Positions 29,365 to 38,664 of a stretch of 64,000 bases of DNA are shown here, piece by piece (within the stretch, counting starts at the first letter, position 1; every line of letters begins with the position of its first letter). The stretch is taken from positions 4,448,001 through 4,512,000 of the forward strand of contig OZ243927.1 of NCBI GenBank assembly GCA_965213925.1, read 5' to 3'. This DNA is from Trueperaceae bacterium. Lineage in GTDB: Bacteria; Deinococcota; Deinococci; Deinococcales; Trueperaceae. The notes under the pieces were generated by a model that searched no databases, was not told the origin of the DNA, and was given only the letters and a program-made list of their open reading frames with translations. The translations under genes were made by a program, and so were the position numbers.

Positions 29365-29621
29365 AGTACGTTTTCCACCAAGCTGCGTGGGAGGACTACC
29401 TTTACTGGCTCGAGCAGGATAAGAAGACACTCAAACGCGTCAATTTACTAATTAGAGACGTTGAGCGCTCACCTTATGAGGGTATTGGCAAACCTGAAGC
29501 GCTCAAGCACAACCTCTCAGGCTGGTGGTCACGGCGGATTACGGATGAGCACCGTATGGTTTACCGCGTCAAAGGTGACGAGTTGCACCTCGCTGCACTG
29601 CGCTATCACTACTCAAAGTAG
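29361..29621 (+). CDS. yoeB: Txe/YoeB toxin
   Basis: AWEDYLYW, GIGKPEALKHNLSGWWSRRITDEHRMVY, RYHY. Confidence 0.95.
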   Translation: MKYVFHQAAWEDYLYWLEQDKKTLKRVNLLIRDVERSPYEGIGKPEALKHNLSGWWSRRITDEHRMVYRVKGDELHLAALRYHYSK

Positions 29622-29645
29622 CTTTCCGCGGGCTTCTCACTTGGA

Positions 29646-29875
29646 GGGAGCAGGCTTTGGCGCGGCTCGAGCTAGGCGAACATAGAACGAAGCGAGCGGT
29701 CGTTGAGGAGGCGCTACAGGAATACGTCGTGCGGCGCAAACAGCTTCGACTTTTAGACCTCTTCGGCACAATTGACGACAACGAGGATTACAACTATAAA
29801 GCTCAGCGCAAGCTGGTATAAAATTGCCGTTCCACGGACGAAGACTTTGCCCTTCTCAAGACGCTGCTTCCGATG
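29646..29875 (+). pseudogene. Fragments of DUF433 / VapB (DUF2191-like) / PIN genes
   Basis: Reads EQALARLELGEHRTKRAVVEEALQEYVVRRKQLRLLDLFGTIDDNEDYNYKAQRK with no start. A possible PIN remnant STDEDF follows. Confidence 0.6.
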
Positions 29876-29920
29876 ACGCTCCGCACACGCCATCCTCAGA
29901 AATAGGTCACAATAGACCTT

Positions 29921-31231
29921 ATGGAGACTCTGGCTTACAGCGAAGATTTCGCTCGCTTCCTTATTCAGCACCACCCGATGGACAGCGCCCGCGTTTTAGA
30001 GCGGCTCGAGCCGTTCGAAGCGTGGTCCGAACTGAGCAAATTGGACGAGGAGTTTCGCCCGCCGGTGATGGAGGGATTTTCGCCGCCTTTCGCGGCGCGG
30101 GTGCTGCTCGAGGCGAGTATGCAAGACACCTTTGGTCTGGTGCGTGAGCTGCCTTCGGAAGTGACGGCGGATATTTTAGAACACGTCCCCGACGAGGTCG
30201 AGGCGGCGATCCTGGCAGCGCTGCCGGCTATACACGCCCGCGAAATCGAGACGCTGAGCGAGTACCCCGAGGACACCGCCGGGAGCATCATGTCGCCTGA
30301 CTTCGTCGCGCTCCGGCGCAAAGCGACGGTGGGCGACGCCTTGACGCGGCTCAGACGTTTGGCGCTGGTGGGGCGGCACGTCAACTATGTGTACGTCGTG
30401 GACGAGCGCGAAGAGCTTGTCGGCGTCATCATGATGCGCGACCTCGTTTTGAATCTGCCCCTGACGCCTTTAGAAGATGTGATGATTCGCAACGTCGTCA
30501 AGGTCTACGACAGCAACCATATCGACGATGTCGCCGACCTCTTGCGCGAACGCAATTTACACGCGATACCTGTCGTTGACGACGCCGACAAACTCAAAGG
30601 GGTCGTGTCGTCCAACCAACTTGTCAGCGAGCTGCAAGAGGAGGGTTTCGAGGACGCGCAGAAGATGTTCGGGGCGGGCGCGGACGAGCAGGCGACCTCT
30701 ACGCCGCTTTTCAGCATCCGCAAGCGCCTTCCCTGGCTGCAGGTCAACTTAGGCACGGCGTTTCTAGCGGCGGCGGTCGTGGGCGCGTTCGACGGCATCA
30801 TCGCGCAGATCACGATTTTGGCGGCGTTTCTGCCGGTCGTCGCGGGACAGGGCGGCAACGCGGGGGCGCAGGCTCTAGCGGTGATGCTCCGCTCGCTCGC
30901 ACTAGAAGAGGTCGACATTGGGCGCTCGCGCAAGGTGCTCCTCAAAGAGGCGACGGTAGGTCTGGTTAATGGGCTCACCACGGGCGTCGTTGCGGGGCTA
31001 TTCGCCGCTATAGTGACGCAAAACGTCGCGCTCGGCGCGGTGATCGCGGTGGCGATGACGGTCAACCTCGTGATCGCGGGCGTCGCGGGCGCGGGCATCC
31101 CGCTGATGATGGAGCGTTTCGGGCAGGACCCGGCGCAATCCTCGAACATCATCTTGACGACGGTAACAGATATCGTCGGCTTCGCGTCGTTTCTGGGCTT
31201 CGCGATGCTGGCTCAGGATTACCTCGTCTAG
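29921..31231 (+). CDS. mgtE: Magnesium transporter MgtE
   Basis: YPEDTAGSIM, tandem CBS, RLPWL, GGNAGAQ, DPA..S..LTTVTD. Confidence 0.93.
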   Translation: METLAYSEDFARFLIQHHPMDSARVLERLEPFEAWSELSKLDEEFRPPVMEGFSPPFAARVLLEASMQDTFGLVRELPSEVTADILEHVPDEVEAAILAALPAIHAREIETLSEYPEDTAGSIMSPDFVALRRKATVGDALTRLRRLALVGRHVNYVYVVDEREELVGVIMMRDLVLNLPLTPLEDVMIRNVVKVYDSNHIDDVADLLRERNLHAIPVVDDADKLKGVVSSNQLVSELQEEGFEDAQKMFGAGADEQATSTPLFSIRKRLPWLQVNLGTAFLAAAVVGAFDGIIAQITILAAFLPVVAGQGGNAGAQALAVMLRSLALEEVDIGRSRKVLLKEATVGLVNGLTTGVVAGLFAAIVTQNVALGAVIAVAMTVNLVIAGVAGAGIPLMMERFGQDPAQSSNIILTTVTDIVGFASFLGFAMLAQDYLV

Positions 31232-31240
31232 CGTTCTCGC

Positions 31241-31924
31241 TCAGTTCTTGTCGCCGCCGCGCCGCCCTCTGCGGCGGCGACGGCGGCGGCTGCGTTTGGA
31301 GGTGCGCGCCTCCTCTTGGATGGCGGCATCTTCCTGCACGACTTTCACCAAAAAAGCGTCGAGCAGTCCGCCTTCGAACCGCTGGGTCAGGCGCAAGATG
31401 AGGTGCGGCGGGGCGACGTCGACGTAAACGTAGCAGGGACCTGGATACAGCACGTAGGGGTAGGCACGCCGCTCCCCTAAGGCGGTCTCTAAGGGCACCT
31501 CCGCCAACCGCTCCGCCACGACCTCTTTGCCGAGCAGCGGCACGCGCAAGCGTTCAGGACGCCCGCGGAGCGCGTGCAGGAGCCCGAGCGGGTCGCGGTA
31601 AGGCAGGGTGTAGGGCGCTTCGGCGAGGTCAGCCTTACCGCCGCTCTTGCTCTGCACTGCCCGTACCACGCCGCGCTCCGCGTCGAACGTCACCTCGAAG
31701 GTGCGCGTCTGTGAGCGCTCCTGGGTCTCTTCGGTAAACCGCGTACTCTCCAGGGCGGGGTTGAGTTGGCTCGTTTGCGTGATCGTTTTCTGACCTAGCG
31801 AGCCCTGCAGCGCCATCCTGGCCTCGAGCACCACGCCCTTTCTCAGCGGCTGTGTGCGGAGCGTGTGCGTGCCTACCGCTTTGCCGTAGAGGTTGAGGCG
31901 GTAGCTGCAGAGTTCGGTCGGCAT
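31241..31924 (-). CDS. Hypothetical beta-rich protein with Arg-rich C-terminus
   Basis: Start reassigned to MPTELC (TACGCT 6 nt upstream). DPLGLL..LR motif. Confidence 0.7.
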   Translation of the reverse strand: MPTELCSYRLNLYGKAVGTHTLRTQPLRKGVVLEARMALQGSLGQKTITQTSQLNPALESTRFTEETQERSQTRTFEVTFDAERGVVRAVQSKSGGKADLAEAPYTLPYRDPLGLLHALRGRPERLRVPLLGKEVVAERLAEVPLETALGERRAYPYVLYPGPCYVYVDVAPPHLILRLTQRFEGGLLDAFLVKVVQEDAAIQEEARTSKRSRRRRRRRGRRGGDKN

Positions 31925-32062
31925 GGTCCAAGCGTAACATGGTCGGCTCTGAAGGCTCAGGGGAATGGACGGAGGGTATCTCGCACCGAGCGCGCGACGC
32001 CGACGTGAAGCGTTACTTTGTGGCTTACTAAAATTCGAACCGCTCACACAGCGCCACACGCG

Positions 32063-32638
32063 CTACTCGAGCGCCTCAGGCACCCGGCGAATCTCCGGGT
32101 CTGTGAACACGTCTGTCTCGTCACGGCTCTTGGTGCTGAATTCACTCACCACCGCGCCCTCAGGTCCGCCCTGAAACCAGTGCCAGGTATCTGGCATGAT
32201 CGTGTGCTGCTCGCCCGGTTTTAAGATGACCTCGTGCCAAACGGTATAGGTAGATTCACGTCCTGATGGGGGCGTGGCTTTCGCTTGGCTCGGATCGATT
32301 CCTTCGCCCTCGACGTACAGGTAAACCTCTCCGGCGCGGCAGCGGAAGGTCTCCTCTTTGCCGGGCTTACCCGCGACAGGCGGATGCTTGTGCTCCGGGC
32401 AGGTCTGACCGGGTTGCAAGACGAGTTCCTTGGCGCAGACGCGCTCCGTGTTGATGTAGGTGACGAGCGCCAAGCCGGTTTGCCTAAATTCGCCTAGCCC
32501 TAAGTCGGTAATTTCAACGTTCGCCTCTTCTTCGGGCGTTAGGACGATGCCCGCGTCGTTCAGGTAGCGCACCGCTACTTTTCTAGCCTCTTTAATCTCT
32601 TCGTTTGTCACGTCTACCTCCTCGCTCCTTCTACTCAA
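32063..32638 (-). CDS. D-lyxose/D-mannose family cupin sugar isomerase
   Basis: CAKEL, QTCPEHKH, GKEETFRC, WHWFQ, VSEFS..SRD..D.FTDP. Confidence 0.92.
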   Translation of the reverse strand: MSRRSEEVDVTNEEIKEARKVAVRYLNDAGIVLTPEEEANVEITDLGLGEFRQTGLALVTYINTERVCAKELVLQPGQTCPEHKHPPVAGKPGKEETFRCRAGEVYLYVEGEGIDPSQAKATPPSGRESTYTVWHEVILKPGEQHTIMPDTWHWFQGGPEGAVVSEFSTKSRDETDVFTDPEIRRVPEALE

Positions 32639-33753
32639 GCACGTCTATCGTGTGGACCCAAAAAGACGTTCTCTGCACTCTGCCACGCTTCTACCTCTTT
32701 AACATCATGACGTGCCCAACCTGCCCGAATGCGCTCCTGGGTTGCCTCCCAACCTCTCACGCCGCTGCTCGCCCCTAGCGCCTCGACGGAGCACGCGCCG
32801 ACCGCTGCTGCCGTCGTCACGGCTTCCTCGGGTGACTGCCCACGCAGTATCGCCGCGATAAGCCCCGCCGCCGCCGCATCGCCCGCGCCCGTCGTGCCGC
32901 GCACGTTGGCTTCGAAGGTCGGTGCGTACAGCTCGCGGCTGCGCCATTCTCCGCTAAAGGGGGGCTGCGCCAACCTCTTCGCATCACTCGAGCGCAGATA
33001 AAGTCCATTCTCGCCGAGGGTCAGGGCGACGACCTTTGCGCCTAACGCAAGCAACCTCTCCGCCAGTGACGCCCACGCTTCATACCCGCCATCTATTGAC
33101 AACTCGAGCATCACGCCGACCTCTTCTACACTCGGCGTGATGACGTCAACGTGGGACAGAACTCGAGCTAAAAAACCTTGCCAATCCACACGCCCCGACG
33201 CGCCATTCGGGTCGGGCATCGCCAGGTCGAGTACAGTTAGGATGCCCGCATCTTGGACTTTTGCGAAGAGGTCGGCTAACCCCTCGCCGCCATCTTCATA
33301 GATACTAGCCATCAACGGCGGATAGCCGAAGTAGAAAGCGCGTGCATTCGCCTGAACGTCAATATCACCTGCTCTAAGCGCGTCGTTGCAGCCCCCGTAG
33401 TGCAAAAAGAGCCTGTCGGTATCGGGTGGGTTGATGACGATGGTATAGGAGGTGTCCACTGAGCTAGATACCAGACTCAGTTTCGCGTTAGGTGCACGTT
33501 CGTTTAGCTGTTCGCGCAATACCGAGCCCAGGTAATCCTCCCCTATCTGACCGATTAAATTCGCCCGCATCCCCAGTGCATCAAGCGACAACCCTACATT
33601 CGCCACCGCTCCCCCCGGCGTGAAGGTCAGGTCGCCGACTTCGGAGAGGCTCCCCGGTTTTAGCTCGAGCGCCCCGCGTATATCTGGGATGAGGTCGAGG
33701 CAGAGGTGCCCGGCGACGACTACATCCACCTCTTCAGCCATTGCTGCGTCCAT
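32635..33753 (-). CDS. PfkB family carbohydrate kinase
   Basis: GGAVANVG and GTTGAGDAAAAG motifs. Confidence 0.9.
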   Translation of the reverse strand: MDAAMAEEVDVVVAGHLCLDLIPDIRGALELKPGSLSEVGDLTFTPGGAVANVGLSLDALGMRANLIGQIGEDYLGSVLREQLNERAPNAKLSLVSSSVDTSYTIVINPPDTDRLFLHYGGCNDALRAGDIDVQANARAFYFGYPPLMASIYEDGGEGLADLFAKVQDAGILTVLDLAMPDPNGASGRVDWQGFLARVLSHVDVITPSVEEVGVMLELSIDGGYEAWASLAERLLALGAKVVALTLGENGLYLRSSDAKRLAQPPFSGEWRSRELYAPTFEANVRGTTGAGDAAAAGLIAAILRGQSPEEAVTTAAAVGACSVEALGASSGVRGWEATQERIRAGWARHDVKEVEAWQSAENVFLGPHDRRA

Positions 33754-34876
33754 GCGCTTCTAGCGCTCCTGTAAAAATACGGTGGCTCTGCGCCGCTTCC
33801 TCCGGTGTGACGCAGTGAAGCGGACCTTTCATTCCCTCACGCCCGTGCGCGACCTCGTCACAAAAGGCGGCGAACATCTGCAACAGGGCGTCCGAAAAGC
33901 CGAACTCGAAGATGCCGCCCGTAATCGCGGGGTAGGCGCTCTCGTAGCCCAAGTCGAGGTGCTGCCAGGCTTGGGCGCTGCTGCGAGATTCGGTGGGGTA
34001 CTCGAGCCGCCTCAGCGTCTTGGGAAATTTCGTGCTGAATTCCACTGAGCGCTCCGTCCCGTGCACCTTGATAAACCAGGTATTCATCTCGCCCGGCGCG
34101 ATGCGCTTGGTGTGCAGGGTCATGGGAAAGGTGTATCCGTCCCGCTCGACTTCGGTTAAAAGCGTCGCGTTGTCCCAGGTCTCGCAGGGGACGCGCTCCT
34201 CTGCGCCCGCTCGCTCAGGTCTCTCGGTGACGATGTTGGAAAGCTGCGCTCGCACCTTGCGCGGCGTCCAGCCCAGACGAAGCGGTAAGTGCACGACGTG
34301 CATCCCTAAGTCGCCCATGCAGCCGTACGCGCCGTTCGTGGCGATTTGCCGCTTCCAGTTGATAGGCTTGTCGGGGTTTAAGTCGGACGAATGCAAAAAG
34401 CCCGCCTCGACCTCGAGCACGCGCCCGACGCCCTCACGCGCTGTGCGGAAGACCTCTAACGCGCCGGGGAAGAAGGGGAACTCCGACGAGCAGGCGACGG
34501 TGAGGTCGGGGTGGTCACGGATGGTGCTCGAGATAGCCTCATTCGCCTCCTTGTCAATCCCGAACGGTTTCTCGCCCAAGAGGTGCTTACCCGCCCGGAT
34601 GATGTCCGTATAAAGCTGTTGATGGAGGTGGTGCGGCACGGCGCAGTAGATCGCGTCAACGTCGTCTCTCGCTAAGAGGTTGCGGTAGTCGTCCGTTGAA
34701 GTTTGGATAGTCGGGACGTGTTGCTCGAACCACGCCCTTGCTTGTGGGTTCGTATCGCAGATGCCCGTAATCACAGGCGTCACACCCATGTCCTCCAGGT
34801 GAAACCACCGCGCCGCCGCCGACGCGAACTCGCGCCCCATCAGCCCCAAACCGATGATGCCGAAACGTAAGTTCAC
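33734..34876 (-). CDS. Gfo/Idh/MocA oxidoreductase
   Basis: GIIGLGLMG, AVPHHLH, EKP, DLGMH. Confidence 0.9.
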   Translation of the reverse strand: MNLRFGIIGLGLMGREFASAAARWFHLEDMGVTPVITGICDTNPQARAWFEQHVPTIQTSTDDYRNLLARDDVDAIYCAVPHHLHQQLYTDIIRAGKHLLGEKPFGIDKEANEAISSTIRDHPDLTVACSSEFPFFPGALEVFRTAREGVGRVLEVEAGFLHSSDLNPDKPINWKRQIATNGAYGCMGDLGMHVVHLPLRLGWTPRKVRAQLSNIVTERPERAGAEERVPCETWDNATLLTEVERDGYTFPMTLHTKRIAPGEMNTWFIKVHGTERSVEFSTKFPKTLRRLEYPTESRSSAQAWQHLDLGYESAYPAITGGIFEFGFSDALLQMFAAFCDEVAHGREGMKGPLHCVTPEEAAQSHRIFTGALEAHGRSNG

Positions 34877-35703
34877 GCCGCACCTGTTAAGAGGTCGTGC
34901 GCCTCGTCTGGTGTCGCGCCTTCATGCACAATCTTCATGAGCGCCGCCGTCATCGCGTTGGGGTCGTCGTGCTGGATGATGTTGCGTCCGTAAACGATAC
35001 CTTTCGCACCTTGCTCCAACACCTTATAGGTACGCTCTAACACCTCTTTATCACTCACTCGTCCACCGCCGCGCACCAAAACGGGCACGCGCCCCGCTAC
35101 TTCGATGACCTCGTGGTAGTCCTCTAACTTGTCCGTCGGGTCGGCTTTGATGAGGTCCGCGCCCAGTTCGACGGCTTGGCGCACGAGCGGTTTGATCTTC
35201 GTCTTGTCACCGTTGACGCTGTAGCCCGCGTCGCCTTTGCGCATGACTAAAGGCTCGACCATAACGGGCATTCCATGACGCTCCGCGTCTGCTTTGAGCC
35301 TCAAGATATTGCGGACGCACTGTTCATGGACTTCGGGGGCGTGCTCGAGTTGAAACAAATTCACGCATAAACACGCTGCGTCGAGACTCACCGCGCGTTC
35401 GGCGCAGCGTTCTAAAACAGCGCTGAATAACCTCTCCGGTAAAGAGGTTCCGTAGACGTTGGCGATATCGGTACGCAAGACCAGCGCAGGTTTCTGTTTC
35501 CCCGGTATGCGTTGCAAGAGCGGCGCTTGCCCGACGGAGAGCTGCACGGCGTCGGGATTCGCTCGGACGACGCGGCTGACGGCGGTCTCCATATCCTCGA
35601 TGCCTTGCAAAAAACGGTCCTCGCCGAAAAAGCCGTGGTCAATCGCGACATCCAAACAGCGCCCGTCTTCGGCGAGTAAGCGGTTGAGTCTAGCTTCGAC
35701 CAT
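34873..35703 (-). CDS. Class I aldolase (DhnA/LsrF-like)
   Basis: VAIDHG, Schiff-base GADLIK, VLVRGG, YGRNI. Confidence 0.88.
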   Translation of the reverse strand: MVEARLNRLLAEDGRCLDVAIDHGFFGEDRFLQGIEDMETAVSRVVRANPDAVQLSVGQAPLLQRIPGKQKPALVLRTDIANVYGTSLPERLFSAVLERCAERAVSLDAACLCVNLFQLEHAPEVHEQCVRNILRLKADAERHGMPVMVEPLVMRKGDAGYSVNGDKTKIKPLVRQAVELGADLIKADPTDKLEDYHEVIEVAGRVPVLVRGGGRVSDKEVLERTYKVLEQGAKGIVYGRNIIQHDDPNAMTAALMKIVHEGATPDEAHDLLTGAA

Positions 35704-35724
35704 ACGTGAGTTCCTCCTCGATAC

Positions 35725-35831
35725 AGCAATGGGTGAAAAGCAGAAGGACTGAGGACTGAGAGAAAAGTAAAAACTCAGTCCTCAGCTTCGCTGGAGGCAA
35801 GCCGATCAGTCCTTCTCTCTCAGTCCTTGCT
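35725..35831 (+). repeat. AGCAA-bounded GGACTGA heptamer palindromic repeat, copy 1
   Basis: GGACTGA/TCAGTCC units; inverted homolog at 53441-53547; overlaps the lacD 3' end. Confidence 0.7.
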
Positions 35832-36837
35832 CATCGCTTTCAACTTTCCTGTAAACCTCTCCCCACGGCGTCGCGTGCTGCTCCAGCACCGCGTTGAGCG
35901 TTTGGATATTCGGAACGCCTTCGTCCTCCAACCACTTTTCCAGCGCCGACAATCCCTGGCTTGCGTATACCGCGATGCCCCCCTTCCACGTCGCCCGTCC
36001 GCAGAGTACGCCGCTGTAGCCCGTGCCGACCTCGCCCGCGACCTCTAAGAGTTCGGCGTAAATCGCCATGTCCACCCCCGCCGAGAGGTAGATAAAAGGC
36101 TTTTCTGCCGCCTCCGCTGCTTGGACGAGATAGTCTTTAACCTCTTCCATGTCGTAGGCGGTCTGCTCACCGTCCGTGAGACCTCTTGTGTACGCTGCCT
36201 CGGTAGGAAACTCGACCTTGAGCACGTCCACGCGGTAGCGGTCTTTGGAGAACTCCCGCACCGTTTCCGTCACGCGCTCCGGCTTGCCTTTGGCGACGGC
36301 GAACTCATCATCTTCGGAATCGTCGTAGGTCATGGGCTCGAGAAAGAACGGCAACCCCTCCGCCTCGCACTCCGCGCCGACCCGCTCCACAAAAGCGTGC
36401 TTGACCTCTTTGAGTTCGTCTCTTTCTGCCGGGTTGTAGTAGACGAGGAGCTTGACCGCCGTCGCGCCCGCTTCCGCTAACCTCTTGACGCTCCAGCCCT
36501 CTTGCAAATCGGGGAAGCGTCCGGGGCGCTCGTTGTCGTAGCCGCTCTCTTCGTAGGCTAAGAGGAGACCCGTGTTCTCAGCGAGCTGCTCAGCGGCGTC
36601 TAAGCCGTAGCGGGGCTCGAGCAAAAGCGCCGAAGCGTGCGGGCTAAGCGCCGTCGCCACCGCTGTTTTGAACTCGCGGAGCTGCGCGTCGCTGGCGTCT
36701 AAGCCCACTTTCGCCAATGCCCGCTTGAGCGAGCCGCGCTGGTCGAGCGCGGCGGCTGCGATGATGCCGCCGGGGGTCGAGCACGTCTGAAGTCGTTCGA
36801 ATTTCTCTTTAGATAAGGTCTGCTTGGTCATAGTCAC
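35806..36837 (-). CDS. lacD: Tagatose-1,6-bisphosphate aldolase (LacD family)
   Basis: ALDQRGSL, AYEESGYD, VKLLVYY, DVLKVEFP, IYLSAGV, GVLCGRATW. Confidence 0.88.
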   Translation of the reverse strand: MTMTKQTLSKEKFERLQTCSTPGGIIAAAALDQRGSLKRALAKVGLDASDAQLREFKTAVATALSPHASALLLEPRYGLDAAEQLAENTGLLLAYEESGYDNERPGRFPDLQEGWSVKRLAEAGATAVKLLVYYNPAERDELKEVKHAFVERVGAECEAEGLPFFLEPMTYDDSEDDEFAVAKGKPERVTETVREFSKDRYRVDVLKVEFPTEAAYTRGLTDGEQTAYDMEEVKDYLVQAAEAAEKPFIYLSAGVDMAIYAELLEVAGEVGTGYSGVLCGRATWKGGIAVYASQGLSALEKWLEDEGVPNIQTLNAVLEQHATPWGEVYRKVESDEQGLREKD

Positions 36838-36856
36838 GTCCCTATAGATTGAGGTT

Positions 36857-37771
36857 TCACGAGTCTAAGTCTCTAGGCGATAAGGGCGCTTCCATCGGAC
36901 CCTGCACCGCCACCGAATATGCGCCGATACGGTTGGCTTTGAGTACGCTATCCGCCAAAGGAAATCCCTGCGTGAGCGACACGAGGAGCGCCGCCGCGAA
37001 GCAGTCGCCCGCCCCCGTCGGGTCAACCTCATGGATGCGGATACTGGGAACGTCGCGCTTTTCAGAGGGCGTGAAGAGCGTGCTGCCTGCCGCGCCGCGT
37101 TTGAGAACGACGTAGCGCGAGGGCGTCACGAGCGAGCGACACGCCTCAATTCGGTTGGGGTTCTTCGTCAAGAAAGACGCCTCTGCGCCACTCGGTAAAA
37201 CGAGGTCGGCATGTTCTAAAGGATACGCGCAAAGCTCGCGGAGCGTATCGGCGTCGCCTAGCTCGGGTCTCAAGTTGGGGTCGAAGCTGATTCGTCCGCC
37301 TCGAGCTTTAACCTCTTCGATTGCCTTATAACACGCCTCTCGCATGGACTTGGAGACGGCGAGGCTCGAGCCCGTCACGTGCAGCCAGGTCACGCCCTCA
37401 AAGAGGTCGCTCGAGAGGTCATCCGGCGTGAGAGAAGCCGCTGCCGATTCCGCCACGTGAAAAACGAACTCGCGTTCACCACCTGGCTTATAGCGCACAA
37501 AGGCGATGCCTGTGGTTCGTCCTGAAACTCGTTTAACCGCCCGAACGTCCACGCCAGCTTCACGCAGATGCCGCGTGCAAAGCTCGCCAAACGGGTCATC
37601 GCCGACGGCACCCAGAAAGCGCACCTCCGCGCCTAGCGCCGCCACCGCCCACGCGAAGATAGCGGGTGCGCCGCTGGCGTAAGGACCGCGAAAGATGCCC
37701 GGCGTGGCGAGGTCCACCTCGAGCCCTTCGCGCATCACTTCGACCAAAATCTCACCTAAGGAGAGAATCAC
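36857..37771 (-). CDS. PfkB family sugar kinase
   Basis: GPYASGAPAIF, SFDPNLR, VDPTGAGDCF. Confidence 0.9.
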   Translation of the reverse strand: MILSLGEILVEVMREGLEVDLATPGIFRGPYASGAPAIFAWAVAALGAEVRFLGAVGDDPFGELCTRHLREAGVDVRAVKRVSGRTTGIAFVRYKPGGEREFVFHVAESAAASLTPDDLSSDLFEGVTWLHVTGSSLAVSKSMREACYKAIEEVKARGGRISFDPNLRPELGDADTLRELCAYPLEHADLVLPSGAEASFLTKNPNRIEACRSLVTPSRYVVLKRGAAGSTLFTPSEKRDVPSIRIHEVDPTGAGDCFAAALLVSLTQGFPLADSVLKANRIGAYSVAVQGPMEAPLSPRDLDS

Positions 37772-38664
37772 GCGCTCATCTCCAACAGGGTCTGTGCGCC
37801 ATAAAGCGCCGCTTCGGAACCCAAGCTCGCCCAGGTAAAGTGAACGCTCGTCGCCGGGATTGGTCGGCGCAGGTGGGCGTAAAAAATCTCTACAAATTTC
37901 TCTTTGGGAAAACCGTTCATTTCAGGGATGCCGCCGCCGACTAGGGCGAGCTGCGGGTGAAAGAGGTTGACGCCCGTCGCGAGCGCAAAGGCGAGGTCGC
38001 GGACGAACTTGTCTAAAAGGGTGGCGACCTTTGAGTTCTCGTAGCCGTTTATAAAGAGGTCGGTAAGCTCGAGCCCGTACTGACTGGCAATTTCACGGAG
38101 CGTGTGACCACACGCATACGCCTCCAGACAGTCCAGGTTGCCGCACACACAGCGCCGCCCCTCACCGCGAATGGGGATGTGCCCGAGTTCAACCGCCGCG
38201 CCCGTCGCGCCGCGATAGGGCTCGCCGTTTATAAGCATACACGCGCCGACGCCCGTGCCGACGAACATGCCGAAGACGTCCGCGTAACCTCTCGCCGCGC
38301 CCGCCCTAGCTTCGCCGAGCAGGAGCAGATTGATGTCGCGCTCGAGCCGCACCTCACACCCCAACGCTTCGCCTAACCTCTTGGTCAGAGGGACGCCCTC
38401 GAGGTTCGGGATGTTGGGACTCGAGAGCGCCATTTTTAGGTCTTTGTCTGGTGTGAAGGGTACGCCGATGATGACAGTCGTGGGTTCCAAGTTTCGCTCT
38501 TTCGTGTAACAGCGGATGAGGTCAGCCAACACGCCGACGGGTTCGCCCTCTCTCACGCTCTCCGTCTCGTAAACCTCTTGTCGTCTATCAGCGTCGCCTA
38601 TATGACCGATACGCAGATGCGTGCCACCCATGTCCACGACGATGGTTGAGGCTGGACTAGGCAT
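37768..38664 (-). CDS. ROK family sugar kinase (AlsK-like, no HTH)
   Basis: DMGGTHLR, ERD.N, GTGVG, ELGH, CVCGNLDCLEAYACG. Confidence 0.85.
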   Translation of the reverse strand: MPSPASTIVVDMGGTHLRIGHIGDADRRQEVYETESVREGEPVGVLADLIRCYTKERNLEPTTVIIGVPFTPDKDLKMALSSPNIPNLEGVPLTKRLGEALGCEVRLERDINLLLLGEARAGAARGYADVFGMFVGTGVGACMLINGEPYRGATGAAVELGHIPIRGEGRRCVCGNLDCLEAYACGHTLREIASQYGLELTDLFINGYENSKVATLLDKFVRDLAFALATGVNLFHPQLALVGGGIPEMNGFPKEKFVEIFYAHLRRPIPATSVHFTWASLGSEAALYGAQTLLEMSA

